NCBI GenBank assembly: GCA_964016885.1
Contig: CAXHJY010000090.1
Location: 22,991 to 86,990 of the forward strand
Length of the DNA: 64,000 nt
Direction: 5' to 3'
From: Eledone cirrhosa
Lineage: Eukaryota
The notes beneath the pieces are model-generated. The model saw only the letters and a list, made by a program, of their open reading frames with translations. It had not been told where the DNA came from and ran no database searches. The translations under genes and the position numbers were made by a program. Shown here in pieces: positions 13,353 through 24,820 of the stretch (within the stretch, counting starts at the first letter, position 1; each line of letters opens with the position of its first letter).

Positions 13353-16300
13353 CTACAGGCTGATATAGAGAGAAGACCCATTCACTCTGGCCATTCTCCC
13401 TACTTTCACCCACCTTTCATAAAACTTGCTGGGGTAGAGCACCTCTCTCTCCATTCTGATCCTTCTTTTAAAATGGTATTTGAAAAAGGGGACCAGTTGT
13501 TGGCCGGAGAGAAAGGTGTCTGACCTCAGCCCTTTCAGCCTCGTCCACCATACAACTTCTTTAGCCATGGCTACCACACAGAGAAAAACCGCCTCTCCTT
13601 CGTTTTTGAAAGGGGGAGGCGGTTTGATCGTGACAATGGACTCGGTGGTCAACCGGATTGGTCCCACCCTCGACAGTAGTCGTTCCACATAGCCCCACAG
13701 GTCAGCAATGCCTGGGCAGTGTACGAATGCGTGCGCAACGGTTTCGTCATCATGCACGCATCTCGGACAGATCTTATTCAAAGGATCTCTACCCAGGCTC
13801 CCATGCCTGTGGAGCTTGTCTCGAACGGGTAGAGCCCCTCGGTAGCACTGCCAAGCCAGGGACTTTTGGAAGTTGTCCATCGGTCCAGGGCCAAACGTCC
13901 TACCGAACAGACTGGCCAGTTCATCTTCCTCCATGCCTAGAGCTTCTCCGAGAGCATCGTCGCACCTGCTGCGTACCAACCCTCTATAGAATGTCGAGGT
14001 GGAGTCTCCACTGATTGCCGGGTCCGCTTTCCAGAGGGCCGTGAGCGCCTGGGCACATTCAATGTGCCAGTCGCCCACTTTTCTCGGTCTTTGCTTGACC
14101 CAGGATTGCAGCTCGGTGAGCGAGACGAGTCTGGGAAAGGCTCGCCTCACAAACGGGGCCCACACCGGTTGACCGGTGAGGAATACCTGGAGGTGCCGTA
14201 GCCTTAATGCGTGTTTACGCATCTGTAGCCACGGCATCCCCAGCCCTCCTTTCGAAGGGTGTTGACAGCAGATGGATCTCCTCACCAAAGGGGTCCGCTT
14301 GTTCCAAAGAAATTGGAACAGCGCGCACTCCATTTTGGCGAGTCTTTTCACTGGGCAAGGCACGACGGTCAAGCGGTAGTAGATGACGGATGCTATATAA
14401 GTATTCGCCACCTCCGCTCGACCTTTCAGGGATAGTTTGCACTGGGCCCACTTCTGGGTGAGTGCAAACACCCTGGCCGTTACCTCGTTCCAGTTTTTCT
14501 CCACCTGGAGGTCTGGTCCGAACCAGACCCCAAGCAGCTTCACCGGGCCCTCCGTCCAGCGTCCGACGACGTCGTTGGAGGGCATCGGTTTGCCTCTCCA
14601 TGTTCCGAGTTGCAAACCGACGGACTTGTCCCGGTTCAGCTTGGCTCCTGTAAACCTTTCATATTCCTCCAGTAAGGTGCCGATCTCACCGATTTGCGAG
14701 GTTTTCGACACCATTACTGTCACGTCATCGGCGTAGGCCGACGCCGCTTTCTGCAATCCCGGTTCCAAAGGGATGCCCTGCAACCGCTCCAACTTCCGCA
14801 GTAGTGGCTCAAGAGCCAGCACATACAGTAGGGAGGAGAGAGGGCATCCCTGTCGGATGGATCGCATGATTTGGAACGGCTCCGAGAGGTGGCCGTTCAC
14901 CTTGACCCTTGAGCAGACGTTGCTGCTGTGCATCGCAGCAATCCAACCCCTGAAAACGGGTCCGAAGCCTGCCGCCGCGAGCACCGCATCCAGGTAACGA
15001 TGGTCAACCCTATCGAAAGCTTTAGATTGATCCAAGTTGATCAGGGCCCCACCAAAGCCGGGTTCATTCCCTACCCTCTCTATGATGTATCGCATAAGGT
15101 GGAGATTGTCGTGAATGGACCTGGACGGGATTGCGCATGTCTGCGCTTCTCCCACCAGGTTTCCAACGACAAGCGCCAACCTCTTCGCTAACACCTTGGC
15201 CAAAATCTTTAACTCTGTATTTAGCAGAGTTATGGGCCTGAAGTTACTTATGTCATCCCCCTTGTTCTCATCCTTCCTCACCAGCGTAACTACGCCCTTG
15301 GTCACAGAACTGGGAATTCTCCCGTTCTGCTGCCAGTTGCAGTAGACCGCTTCGAGGATATCGGAGAACAAGTCCGGCATCGCTACATATAGCTCGTATG
15401 GTAGACCATCGAGACCCGGGGATTTGCGTTTGCCGCATTGGCTCAGCGCCGCCCCTATCTCAGCAGCTGAAATCGTCCTTTCGCAGGACTTCGCCTCCGC
15501 GTCCGAGAGGCGCGGCAGACCGTCGAGGTATGGATTGAAATCCATAGTCTCACCCGGCGCGCCGCCCCTCTCGAACAGTCGTGCAAAGTGCCGCTGAAAG
15601 GCCGCACACATCTGCCCAGGTTCAAGGATCACACGCCCATCCTGGTCCTTCAAAGACCGAATCGTGGACTTGTTCCCACTTTTTGCCTCTGTCACTCGGG
15701 CCCAGCTTACAGCTTTGGCTCCCTCATTACCCAGAGCACGTATTTTACTCCTGACAACGCAGCCTTCATGCTTCACCTCAAAGAACTGGTCTAAGGCCAT
15801 TCTTGATGCCAGCACGCCGGCTACATTGCCACTCCTAATCGCCTCTTCTACTCTATCTACTAATTCCCTTTCCGTCTTGTTCCTATCCCTTGCTAATTCC
15901 TGACTAAAACCTATCGATTCTATTCTAATTGCTCTCTTAAGAGAGCTCCACCACCTGTTGTTGACAATTGCCCCTGTCAAATTCTGCTTAACTAACGTGC
16001 TAATCCGTTTACTGTAAGCTTTGCTTCTCGGTAAGGACAAGTTCAGCTTCCAGTAACCGGGTCCCTGTCTATGGGTTCTATCAAGGTTGGCTATGCAGGT
16101 CACTAACTTGTGATCCGAATAGTCAACCATGAACATTTTTGGACAGCTAAATGTGTCCCTATCGTTCTCTCTAACTAGGACCCTATCTAGGTACGACCTA
16201 GATGTTCCACTGCGATTGGTCCACGTCCATAGTGGTACAGTCGGAAAATCTAGTCGATATCTATCGGCCAGGTCAAATCGGCCGATTAACCTTTTGAGGC

Positions 16301-16790
16301 TTTTACACCCCCCTCTATTGGCACATGCCCCTACATAGTCCCAACGTGCATCCAGGATACCATTCCAGTCCCCCACTAAAAGCAAGGAGCGGGACGTTCC
16401 CAGAAAAGTTTCCAGACGTTGGAAGTATTCCAGCCGCGCTGCCCAAAAAGGGGCGTACACAGCTATTAGTCTAAGGGCTCCACTTTCACTACTGCCGACG
16501 TCTAAAACCACCAGTCGACCCTCCGGGTCCAGGTGCACCTTCTGTATGGCGAGGCCCAGGTGTTTTCGCAGCAGAACGACAACTCCACCCCCACCCCCCG
16601 GTTGACAGAGAGATGCGAAGATCTCAAAGTCGTCGAAGAGGGGCGCCAGTTGGTGCTCGCTGCTGATCCTGGACTCGCAAATAGCCATTACATCCATTCT
16701 ATGTGACCTGAGATCGTTTAAAAGTTTGCCTTGTTTCCAAGACAGTCCCAGGCCACGTACATTCAGAAACCCAACTCTTATATCAGCCAT
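13353..16790 (-). CDS. LINE ORF2: APE endonuclease, reverse transcriptase and C-terminal zinc-binding domain (1145 aa)
   Basis: EN motifs NVRGL, GDWN, SYLDRV, SDH; GPGYWKLN (Tx1/L1-typical); RT motifs KSPGLDG, FRPITLLN, DQSKAFD, RQGCPLS, YADD; C-terminal CPRC-x-ETVAHAFVHC. Confidence 0.96.
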   Translation of the reverse strand: MADIRVGFLNVRGLGLSWKQGKLLNDLRSHRMDVMAICESRISSEHQLAPLFDDFEIFASLCQPGGGGGVVVLLRKHLGLAIQKVHLDPEGRLVVLDVGSSESGALRLIAVYAPFWAARLEYFQRLETFLGTSRSLLLVGDWNGILDARWDYVGACANRGGCKSLKRLIGRFDLADRYRLDFPTVPLWTWTNRSGTSRSYLDRVLVRENDRDTFSCPKMFMVDYSDHKLVTCIANLDRTHRQGPGYWKLNLSLPRSKAYSKRISTLVKQNLTGAIVNNRWWSSLKRAIRIESIGFSQELARDRNKTERELVDRVEEAIRSGNVAGVLASRMALDQFFEVKHEGCVVRSKIRALGNEGAKAVSWARVTEAKSGNKSTIRSLKDQDGRVILEPGQMCAAFQRHFARLFERGGAPGETMDFNPYLDGLPRLSDAEAKSCERTISAAEIGAALSQCGKRKSPGLDGLPYELYVAMPDLFSDILEAVYCNWQQNGRIPSSVTKGVVTLVRKDENKGDDISNFRPITLLNTELKILAKVLAKRLALVVGNLVGEAQTCAIPSRSIHDNLHLMRYIIERVGNEPGFGGALINLDQSKAFDRVDHRYLDAVLAAAGFGPVFRGWIAAMHSSNVCSRVKVNGHLSEPFQIMRSIRQGCPLSSLLYVLALEPLLRKLERLQGIPLEPGLQKAASAYADDVTVMVSKTSQIGEIGTLLEEYERFTGAKLNRDKSVGLQLGTWRGKPMPSNDVVGRWTEGPVKLLGVWFGPDLQVEKNWNEVTARVFALTQKWAQCKLSLKGRAEVANTYIASVIYYRLTVVPCPVKRLAKMECALFQFLWNKRTPLVRRSICCQHPSKGGLGMPWLQMRKHALRLRHLQVFLTGQPVWAPFVRRAFPRLVSLTELQSWVKQRPRKVGDWHIECAQALTALWKADPAISGDSTSTFYRGLVRSRCDDALGEALGMEEDELASLFGRTFGPGPMDNFQKSLAWQCYRGALPVRDKLHRHGSLGRDPLNKICPRCVHDDETVAHAFVHCPGIADLWGYVERLLSRVGPIRLTTESIVTIKPPPPFKNEGEAVFLCVVAMAKEVVWWTRLKGLRSDTFLSGQQLVPFFKYHFKRRIRMEREVLYPSKFYERWVKVGRMARVNGSSLYISL

Positions 16791-16811
16791 GTTGGTTAAA
16801 AGAGGAAGGAC

Positions 16812-18554
16812 CTACCTGTTCGGCTCCTGAGGAGCAGGTTGCACAATATCCATGGGCGTATTGGAGGGGTTGTTTGGTGGGGTGTTGTTCTGTGGTGGAG
16901 TGGGGGTGTTTGGTGAGGTGTGGGTGGGGAAACGTTTCAAGAGGACGCGGTTATAGGGTCGAGTACATGTTTTCCCCACGTCCTCAGGAAAGTTCTCTCT
17001 TAGTTTTGCATAGGTGTCCATTGGGAGTCTTATCATTTTTAAATGCGGTTTGTTGGCCGCGCTTGCAAAGAATTGCCCTTCAGTTTCCACCAAAGGGTCT
17101 TTGTGTATTGTTTTTACTAGTTCTTTGTTATTTGTGTTAATGTATGTATACTGTTTTATTTGTGTTGTGTTTGTTTGTTGTTCTTGTGTGTGCTTACGTT
17201 TTGTTGTATGTGTTATGTTTTGGGGTGGGGCGGATTTTGTTTGTTCTGTTTGTTTTGTTTTTGTTGGTGGTTGTGTGTTTGTTTCGTTTATGTTCGAGTG
17301 GTGCTTTCTTTTTTTCCTTTTTACAGGTTGGAAGGGTTCCCCCTCTTCGTCACTAGGTGCCGTTTCCGCTGGGTCCTCGTCCGTGCTGTTGGGTAGTGGT
17401 GTATTTTGGGGTTTTGTTGTATTTGTGTGTGTTTTGGGAGTTGTTTTGGGTGGGGCCGTGTCTTGTGTTATTTTTCCCTGTTGTTTTTGTTGTTGTTGTG
17501 GTGGTGGTGGTGGAGGTGGTGGTGGTGGTGGTGGTGGCGGTGGTGGTGTGTGGGGTGTAGGCAAAAGAGCCTTTTTTTTTGTCAATTGAGGACAAGCAGC
17601 CCTTAGATGACCCCTGCTTGAACAGTAGTAACATATGGGCCTCCTACCCTCGGCTGAAATATATATAAATGTTTCTCCATCGAGGGACACCCTCTGTGGT
17701 ATTCTAGCGATTCGTTCTGGTCTCATTTGGACCAGAACCTCCACGCTCAAACCGCCGAAAACGTCTGTGGTGACTTCTCCTACTGAGAGGATTCCGTCCT
17801 CGTCTTCTAAAAATCCTGTTAGTACCCAGGAAATGCATGCATTTGGCCGGATTCCGGAGACCCTTATCTTCTGCGTTCTTTTCCCTAAATATGTGGGGAA
17901 AAATGTATATATCTTGGAAACAATTGGTGCCACAGAGTATTTCCTGGCCGTCAATTGATCCTTCATTAGGACCGTTATATTCCCATAGAGTGGCCCTTTT
18001 TGTATGAACGATATATCACTCCACACATTTTTTAGGACCAGCTCAATCTCTTTTTGGGATAATTGAGTTGGTTTCCTTGTTATGTTGGAAATTGTTCTGA
18101 AAGATATCGTTCTTAGCGTCGTGTCTCTTTTGATTTCTTGTGGGGAGGTGATTGTGAAGTCTCCTCCTTCTTTGAAAGTTACATACTGTTTCGCTTCCTT
18201 CATCTTTTCTCTCAGAGTTGTAATGTCCAGTTGCTTGCAGGTTTGTGTTTTCCGGACCGCCTGTGCAAAGGAGGTACCAGTAGTGGGTTCACTTTGTTTG
18301 GTGTTATCGTTATTTTTTCCTTGGTTGGTGTTGTGACTATTGCTGTTATTGTCGTTGATGTTTTTGTCTGCGTTTATGTGACTTTCTGGGTTTTCACCCA
18401 TTTCTACAAATTTTTCTTTTAATTCCGTGTTCCATGTTTCTTTTGCAGAAGTGAGGAGGGAAGACTTAGAGCCTTGTGCTTCTAGCTTCTCTGTATCACC
18501 TTTCTTAGGGGGCGTGGCTTTCACGTTAGGATGAGATGTGAAAATTCCGTCCAT
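16812..18554 (-). CDS. LINE ORF1, gag-like nucleic-acid-binding protein (580 aa from the first ATG)
   Basis: Zinc knuckle CYYCSSRGHLRAAC (CX2CX4HX4C), basic KRKKRK patch, Pro/Gln/Thr-rich C-terminus; directly upstream of ORF2. The track start at 18647 is a non-ATG codon. Confidence 0.88.
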   Translation of the reverse strand: MDGIFTSHPNVKATPPKKGDTEKLEAQGSKSSLLTSAKETWNTELKEKFVEMGENPESHINADKNINDNNSNSHNTNQGKNNDNTKQSEPTTGTSFAQAVRKTQTCKQLDITTLREKMKEAKQYVTFKEGGDFTITSPQEIKRDTTLRTISFRTISNITRKPTQLSQKEIELVLKNVWSDISFIQKGPLYGNITVLMKDQLTARKYSVAPIVSKIYTFFPTYLGKRTQKIRVSGIRPNACISWVLTGFLEDEDGILSVGEVTTDVFGGLSVEVLVQMRPERIARIPQRVSLDGETFIYISAEGRRPICYYCSSRGHLRAACPQLTKKKALLPTPHTPPPPPPPPPPPPPPPPQQQQKQQGKITQDTAPPKTTPKTHTNTTKPQNTPLPNSTDEDPAETAPSDEEGEPFQPVKRKKRKHHSNINETNTQPPTKTKQTEQTKSAPPQNITHTTKRKHTQEQQTNTTQIKQYTYINTNNKELVKTIHKDPLVETEGQFFASAANKPHLKMIRLPMDTYAKLRENFPEDVGKTCTRPYNRVLLKRFPTHTSPNTPTPPQNNTPPNNPSNTPMDIVQPAPQEPNR

Positions 18555-18765
18555 TTCTATTAGTTTGCCGTAATAAATTTTTAACTGGATAATTCGCCCC
18601 AAAAAGGGGCGAAAATAAATAAACTCAAAGTTTGACGACCAAGGCAAGGGGTTAACGTATATTACAGTATAAAAAAATTAATAAAAACTCACTTTTTGAG
18701 TAAGTAAATCCGACTCGGTAGCCGAGCTTGTTCACACACGTCAACACACGTCTCTCGTATACGAG

Positions 18766-19415
18766 ATGTTATGTGAGATATTATGTGAGGTAAAGCCTTT
18801 ACCATGAACATATAATAGTATATATAGAGTAATGTGAATGTTATGTGAGATAATTATGTGAGGTAAAGCCTTTACCATGAACATATAATAGTATATATAG
18901 AGTAATGTGAATGTTATGTGAGATATTATGTGAGGTAAAGTCTTTACCATGAAAATACAATAGTATATATAGAGTAATGTAACTGTTATGTGAGATATTA
19001 TGTGAGGTAAAGCCTTTACTGTGAAAATACAATAGTATATATAGAGTAATGTAAATGTTATATGAGATATTATGTGAGGTAAAGTCTTTACCATGAAAAT
19101 ACAATAGTATATATAGAGTAATGTAACTGTTATGTGAGATATTATGTGAGGTAAAGTCTTTACCATGAAAATACAATAGTATATATAGAGTAATGTAAAT
19201 GTTATGTGAGATATTATGTGAGGTAAAGCCTTTACTGTGAAAATATAATAGTATATATAGAGTAATGTGAATGTTATGCGAGATATTATGTGAGGTAAAG
19301 CCTTTACTGTGAAAATACAATAGTATATATAGAGTAATGTAAATGTTATGTGAGATATTATGTGAGGTAACGCCTGTACTGTGAAAATATAATAGTATAT
19401 ATAGAGTAATGTAAA
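18766..19415 (-). repeat. 72-bp satellite (about 9 units), inverted relative to 8755-10858
   Basis: Reverse complement of the same unit. Confidence 0.93.
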
Positions 19416-19429
19416 TGTTAAAGGATTAA

Positions 19430-19710
19430 ATCCTTTAGCATTTAAACTACCCGTGTTTGGCCAGAATTCGCTCACCTCTTTCTATTCAAACTGGCCATAA
19501 CCAGCTGCTCATAACCCTTTAGCATTTAAACCAGCCATATAGAGCCAGAATTCTCTCACCTCTTTCTGTTCAAACCGGCTGTAACTAGCCACTCATATCG
19601 ATGTTAAGGTATTGTTCTCAAAATAAATAATATCAAAACCTCATAGATTCAATATTATGTGAGATAAAGCCTTTACCACAAAAATACAATAGTAAATGAT
19701 AAAGGGTTAA
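19430..19710 (-). mobile_element. One partial and one near-complete additional piggyBac-type MITE copy
   Basis: CCTTTAGCATTTAAA at about 19432 and 19515; AAAGGG-TTAA at 19701-19710. Confidence 0.75.
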
Positions 19711-19919
19711 TTAAATCGTTCAATGTGTCCTAATTAAATAACTGAATAATCACCATTGAAACTGATGGAGATCCTTTTGTTTGTTTTTTTTTGTTTTTGT
19801 ATTTTTTAAAGTCCCCCCCCCCCCCTCTGCACTTATTCCCACCACTGGTTCTCTTTAGGTCAAATTATTGAAATCTTGAGAGTTAATCCTTAGAGATAAA
19901 GGGAACAGGTTTAAACTTG

Positions 19920-20355
19920 ACCAACAGCAGCACCTACAACAACAACAACAGCAACACCAACAACAACAACAGCAATGACAACAACAATGACGACAGCAAC
20001 AACAACAGCAACACCAACAACACCAACAATGACAACAACAACAACAGCAACACAAACAACAACAACAACAATGACAACAACAACAGCAACACCAACAACA
20101 ACAGCAATGACAACAACAATGACAACAACAACAACACCAACAGCAGTAATGACAATAACAGCAACAACAACAGTGACAACAACAGCAATGTCAACAACAA
20201 CAGCAACACCAACAACAGCAATGACAACAACGACAACAATAACAGCAACACCAACAACAACAACAGCAACAACAACAACAATGACAACAACACCACCACC
20301 AACAACAACAGCAATGACGACAACAACAACAGTAATGACAACAACAACAACAACA
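19920..20355. repeat. Degenerate (CAA)n trinucleotide repeat
   Basis: Direct reading. Confidence 0.95.
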
Positions 20356-20437
20356 GGTGTCCTATAATAAATGCAATAGCACATGAAACATTCAATACAA
20401 TTTTCAAATTAGGTGTGCCATATACCAAGCCAAACGG

Positions 20438-23400
20438 GTCACATACGGCCCACAAAGTCACATACAGCCCACGACCCACATATGGCACACAAAGTCACAT
20501 ACAGCCCACATACAGCCCACGACCCACATATGGCACACAAAGTCACATACAGCCCACGACCCACATATGGCACACAAAGTCACATACAGCCCACATACAG
20601 CCCACGACCCACATATGGCACACAAAGTCACATACAGCCCACGACCCACATATGGCACACAAAGTCACATACAGCCCACATACAGCCCACGACCCACATA
20701 TGGCACACAAAGTCACATACAGCCCACATACAGCCCACGACCCACATATGGCACACAACGTCACATACAGCCCACGACCCACATATGGCACACAAAGTCA
20801 CATACAGCCCACGACCCACATACGGCCCACAAAGTCACATACAGCCCACATACCGCCCACGACCCACATATGGCACACAAAGTCACATACAGCCCACGAC
20901 CCACATATGGCACACAAAGTCACATACAGCCCACGACCCACATATGGCACACAAAGTCACATACAGCCCACGACCCACATATGGCACACAAAGTCACATA
21001 CAGCCCACGACCCACATATGGCCCACAAAGTCACATACAGCCCACATACAGCCCACGACCCACATATGGCACACAAAGTCACATACAGCCCACGACCCAC
21101 ATATGGCACACAAAGTCACATACAGCCCACGACCCACATATGGCACACAAAGTCACATACAGCCCACGACACACATATGGCCCACAAAGTCACATACAGC
21201 CCACATACAGCCCACGACCCACATATGGCACACAAAGTCACATACAGCCCACATACAGCCCACGACCCACATATGGCACACAAAGTCACATACAGCCCAC
21301 GACCCACATATGGCACACAAAGTCACATACAGCCCACGACCCACATATGGCACACAAAGTCACATACAGCCCACGACCCACATATGGCACACAAAGTCAC
21401 ATACAGCCCACATACAGCCCACGACCCACATATGGCCCACAAGGTCACATACAGCCCACGACCCACATATGGCACACAAAGTCACATACAGCCCACATAC
21501 AGCCCACGACCCACATATGGCACACAAAGTCACATACAGCCCACGACCCACATATGGCACACAACGTCACATACAGCCCACATACAGCCCACGACCCACA
21601 TATGGCACACAAAGTCACATACAGCCCACGACCCACATATGGCACACAAAGTCACATACAGCCCACGACCCACATATGGCACACAAAGTCACATACAGCC
21701 CATATACAGCCCACGACCCACATATGGCACACAAAGTCACATACAGCCCACGACCCACATATGGCACACAACGTCACATACAGCCCACGACCCACATATG
21801 GCACACAACGTCACATACAGCCCACGACCCACATATTGCACACAAAGTCACATACAGCCCACGACCCACATATGGCACACAAAGTCACATACAGCCCACA
21901 TACAGCCCACGACCCACATATGGCACACAAAGTCACATACAGCCCACATACAGCCCACGACCCACATATGGCACACAAAGTCACATACAGCCCACGACCC
22001 ACATATGGCACACAAAGTCACATACAGCCCACGACCCACATATGGCACACAAAGTCACATACAGCCCACATACAGCCCACGACCCACATATGGCCCACAA
22101 GGTCACATACAGCCCACGACCCACATATGGCACACAAAGTCACATACAGCCCACATACAGCCCACGACCCACATATGGCACACACAGTCACATACAGCCC
22201 ACATACAGCCCACGACCCACATATGGCACACAAAGTCACATACAGCCCACGACCCACATATGGCACACAAAGTCACATACAGCCCACATACAGCCCACGA
22301 CCCACATATGGCACACAAAGTCACATACAGCCCATATACAGCCCACGACCCACATATGGCACACAAAGTCACATACAGCCCACGACCCACATATGGCACA
22401 CAACGTCACATACAGCCCACGACCCACATATGGCACACAACGTCACATACAGCCCACGACCCACATATGGCACACAAAGTCACATACAGCCCACGACCCA
22501 CATATGGCACACAACGTCACATACAGCCCACGACCCACATATGGCACACAAAGTCACATACAGCCCACGACCCACATATGGCACACAAAGTCACATACAG
22601 CCCACGACCCATATATGGCACACAAAGTCACATACAGCCCACATCCAGCCCACGACCCACATATGGCACACAAAGTCACATACAGCCCACGACCCACATA
22701 TGGCACACAAAGTCACATACAGCCCACGACCCACATATGGCACACAACGTCACATACAGCCCACGACCCACATATGGCACACAACGTCACATACAGCCCA
22801 CGACCCACATATGGCACACAAAGTCACATACAGCCCACGACCCACATATGGCACACAACGTCACATACAGCCCACGACCCACATATGGCACACAAAGTCA
22901 CATACAGCCCACATCCAGCCCACGACCCACATATGGCACACAAAGTCACATACAGCCCACGACCCACATATGGCACACAAAGTCACATACAGCCCACATA
23001 CAGCCCACGACCCACATATGGCACACAAAGTCACATACAGCCCACGACCCACATATGGCACACAGTCACATACAGCCCACGACCCACATATGGCACACAA
23101 AGTCACATACAGCCCACATACAGCCCACGACCCACATATGGCACACAAAGTCACATACAGCCCACGACCCACATATGGCACACAACGTCACATACAGCCC
23201 ACGACCCACATATGGCACACAAAGTCACATACAGCCCACATACAGCCCACGACCCACATATGGCACACAACGTCACATACAGCCCACGACCCACATATGG
23301 CACACAAAGTCACATACAGCCCACGACCCACATATGGCACACAAAGTCACATACAGCCCACGACCCACATATGGCACACAAAGTCACATACAGCCCACGA

Positions 23401-23495
23401 CCCACATATGGCACACAAAGTCACATACAGCCCACATACGGCCCACGACCCACAAAGTCACATACGGTCCACGAGCCAAAGTTTCTCCATGACTG
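20438..23495 (+). repeat. 37-bp minisatellite with 48-bp variant units, ending in a hAT-like terminus
   Basis: Unit catacagcccacgacccacatatggcacacaaagtca with an optional extra catacagccca; ends ggtccacgagccaaagtttctccatgactg. Confidence 0.92.
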
Positions 23496-23550
23496 CATGA
23501 GAACATTGGATAAAATACTTTACAGCATTAGTTTTGGTTCTTTATATTCT

Positions 23551-23924
23551 GAGGTCAAGCCCTGCCATGGTTAACATAACCTTTGAGGTCAAACCCTGCC
23601 ACGGTTAACATAACCTTTGAGGTCAAACCCTGCCACGGTTAACATAACCTTTGAGGTCAAACCCTGCCACGGTTAACATAACCTTTGAGGTCAAACCCTG
23701 CCACGGTTAACATAACCTTTGAGGTCAAACCCTGCCATCGTTAACATAACCTTTGAGGTCAAACCCTGCCCCGGTTAACATAACCTTTGAGGTCAAACCC
23801 TGCCACAGTTAACATAACCTTTGAGGTCAAACCCTGCCATCGTTAACATAACCTTTGAGGTCAAACCCTGCCACGGTTAACATAACCTTTGAGGTCAAAC
23901 CCTGCCACGATTAACATAACCTTT
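23551..23924 (+). repeat. 34-bp minisatellite (11 units) inside a degenerate family A SINE
   Basis: Unit gaggtcaaaccctgccacggttaacataaccttt resembles SINE gagttcaaatcccgccgaggttaactttgccttt; the SINE 3' part follows to about 24035. Confidence 0.85.
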
Positions 23925-24049
23925 CGTCTTTCTGAGTTAAATAAAATAATATACCAACTAAATACTGGGGTTGATATAATTGGCTTTCTCCTCCTCCTAT
24001 AAATTGCTGGGCTCTGTGCCTGAATTATAAATTGTTATATAGAATTTAT

Positions 24050-24820
24050 GTTAGGTGAGGCTTTTGTCTGCTATTGATGGCATGTAACCCAGGACAACCT
24101 GTTTCATGGTTGAGTGCTTGGCAACTAAACTAGCTCCCCCACCAGACCAGGGTCTGGTGAGTAGACTAGCCTTCTGTCTGCTATTGGTGGCATGTCACCC
24201 AGGACAACCTGTGTCATGGTTGAGGGTTGGTGACTAAATTAGCCCCCCCCCCCCTCCCCCTCCCCATCAGACCCTAGTCTGGTAAAGTCAGGTTTCTGTC
24301 TGCTACTGATACCATGTAACCCAGTACAACCTACTTCATAGTTGAGGGTTGGTGACTAAACCAGCTTCCCCACAAGACCCTGGTCTGGTAAAGTCAGGTT
24401 TCTGTCTGCTACTGATACCATGTAACCCAGTACAAAGTACTTCATGGTGGAGTGGATGGTGATTAAATTGCTCCCCTACCACCACCAGACCCTGGTCAGG
24501 TCAGGTCAGGTCAGGTCAGGTCAGGTCAGGTCAGGCTTCTGTCTGCTACTAGTACCCTGTAACCCAGTACAACCTGTTTTATGGTCAAGTGGTCGGCAAC
24601 TAAACCAGCTCCCTACTAGACTCTGGTCGGATGAGGAGAGGAAGTGGAACCCTTGCAACACGAAAAACAAGAGCTGTTAAAGGGGTGGATGAACGCCTCA
24701 GAGTCAACAGCCATCCACCCCAACTATGGGTTAAATAGTCTGACTAACCTGCAATTGGCCAAGCGTGGTGCGTATGGAACAACCCTGACATGACCAAAAC
24801 CAAACAGAAAGTGTTGGAGA
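24050..24820 (+). mobile_element. Probable RTE-related 5' region with about 5 degenerate tandem copies of a ~105-bp structured unit
   Basis: Homologous to 61745-62583 (-) and to the 5' end of the 610-bp element at 28715. Confidence 0.6.

Larger units (their letters stand above)
13116..18766 (-). mobile_element. Full-length Tx1-type (L1 superfamily) non-LTR retrotransposon
   Basis: Two intact ORFs with a 21-nt spacer, ~210-nt 5' UTR and ~235-nt 3' UTR ending aataaagaaacc; no poly(A) and no TSD visible. Confidence 0.93.
12925..19429 (-). mobile_element. piggyBac-type MITE with internal 72-bp array, split by the Tx1 LINE
   Basis: TTAA-CCCTTTAGCATTTA at 12925; body to 13115; array resumes at 18766; TAAATGTTAAAGGA-TTAA at 19412-19429. 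Confidence 0.8.

Noticed and set aside
13480-18422. Antisense and alternate-frame ORFs inside the Tx1 element
   Set aside because: Shadow ORFs of the real ORF1/ORF2 with no motifs.
19917-23574. 1191, 1053 and 977-aa ORFs
   Set aside because: All three plus frames are open because the (CAA)n and 37-bp units lack stop codons; no coding signal.
20438-23924. CRISPR-like periodicity (34-37 bp)
   Set aside because: Head-to-tail repeats with no unique spacers, no cas genes, eukaryotic context.
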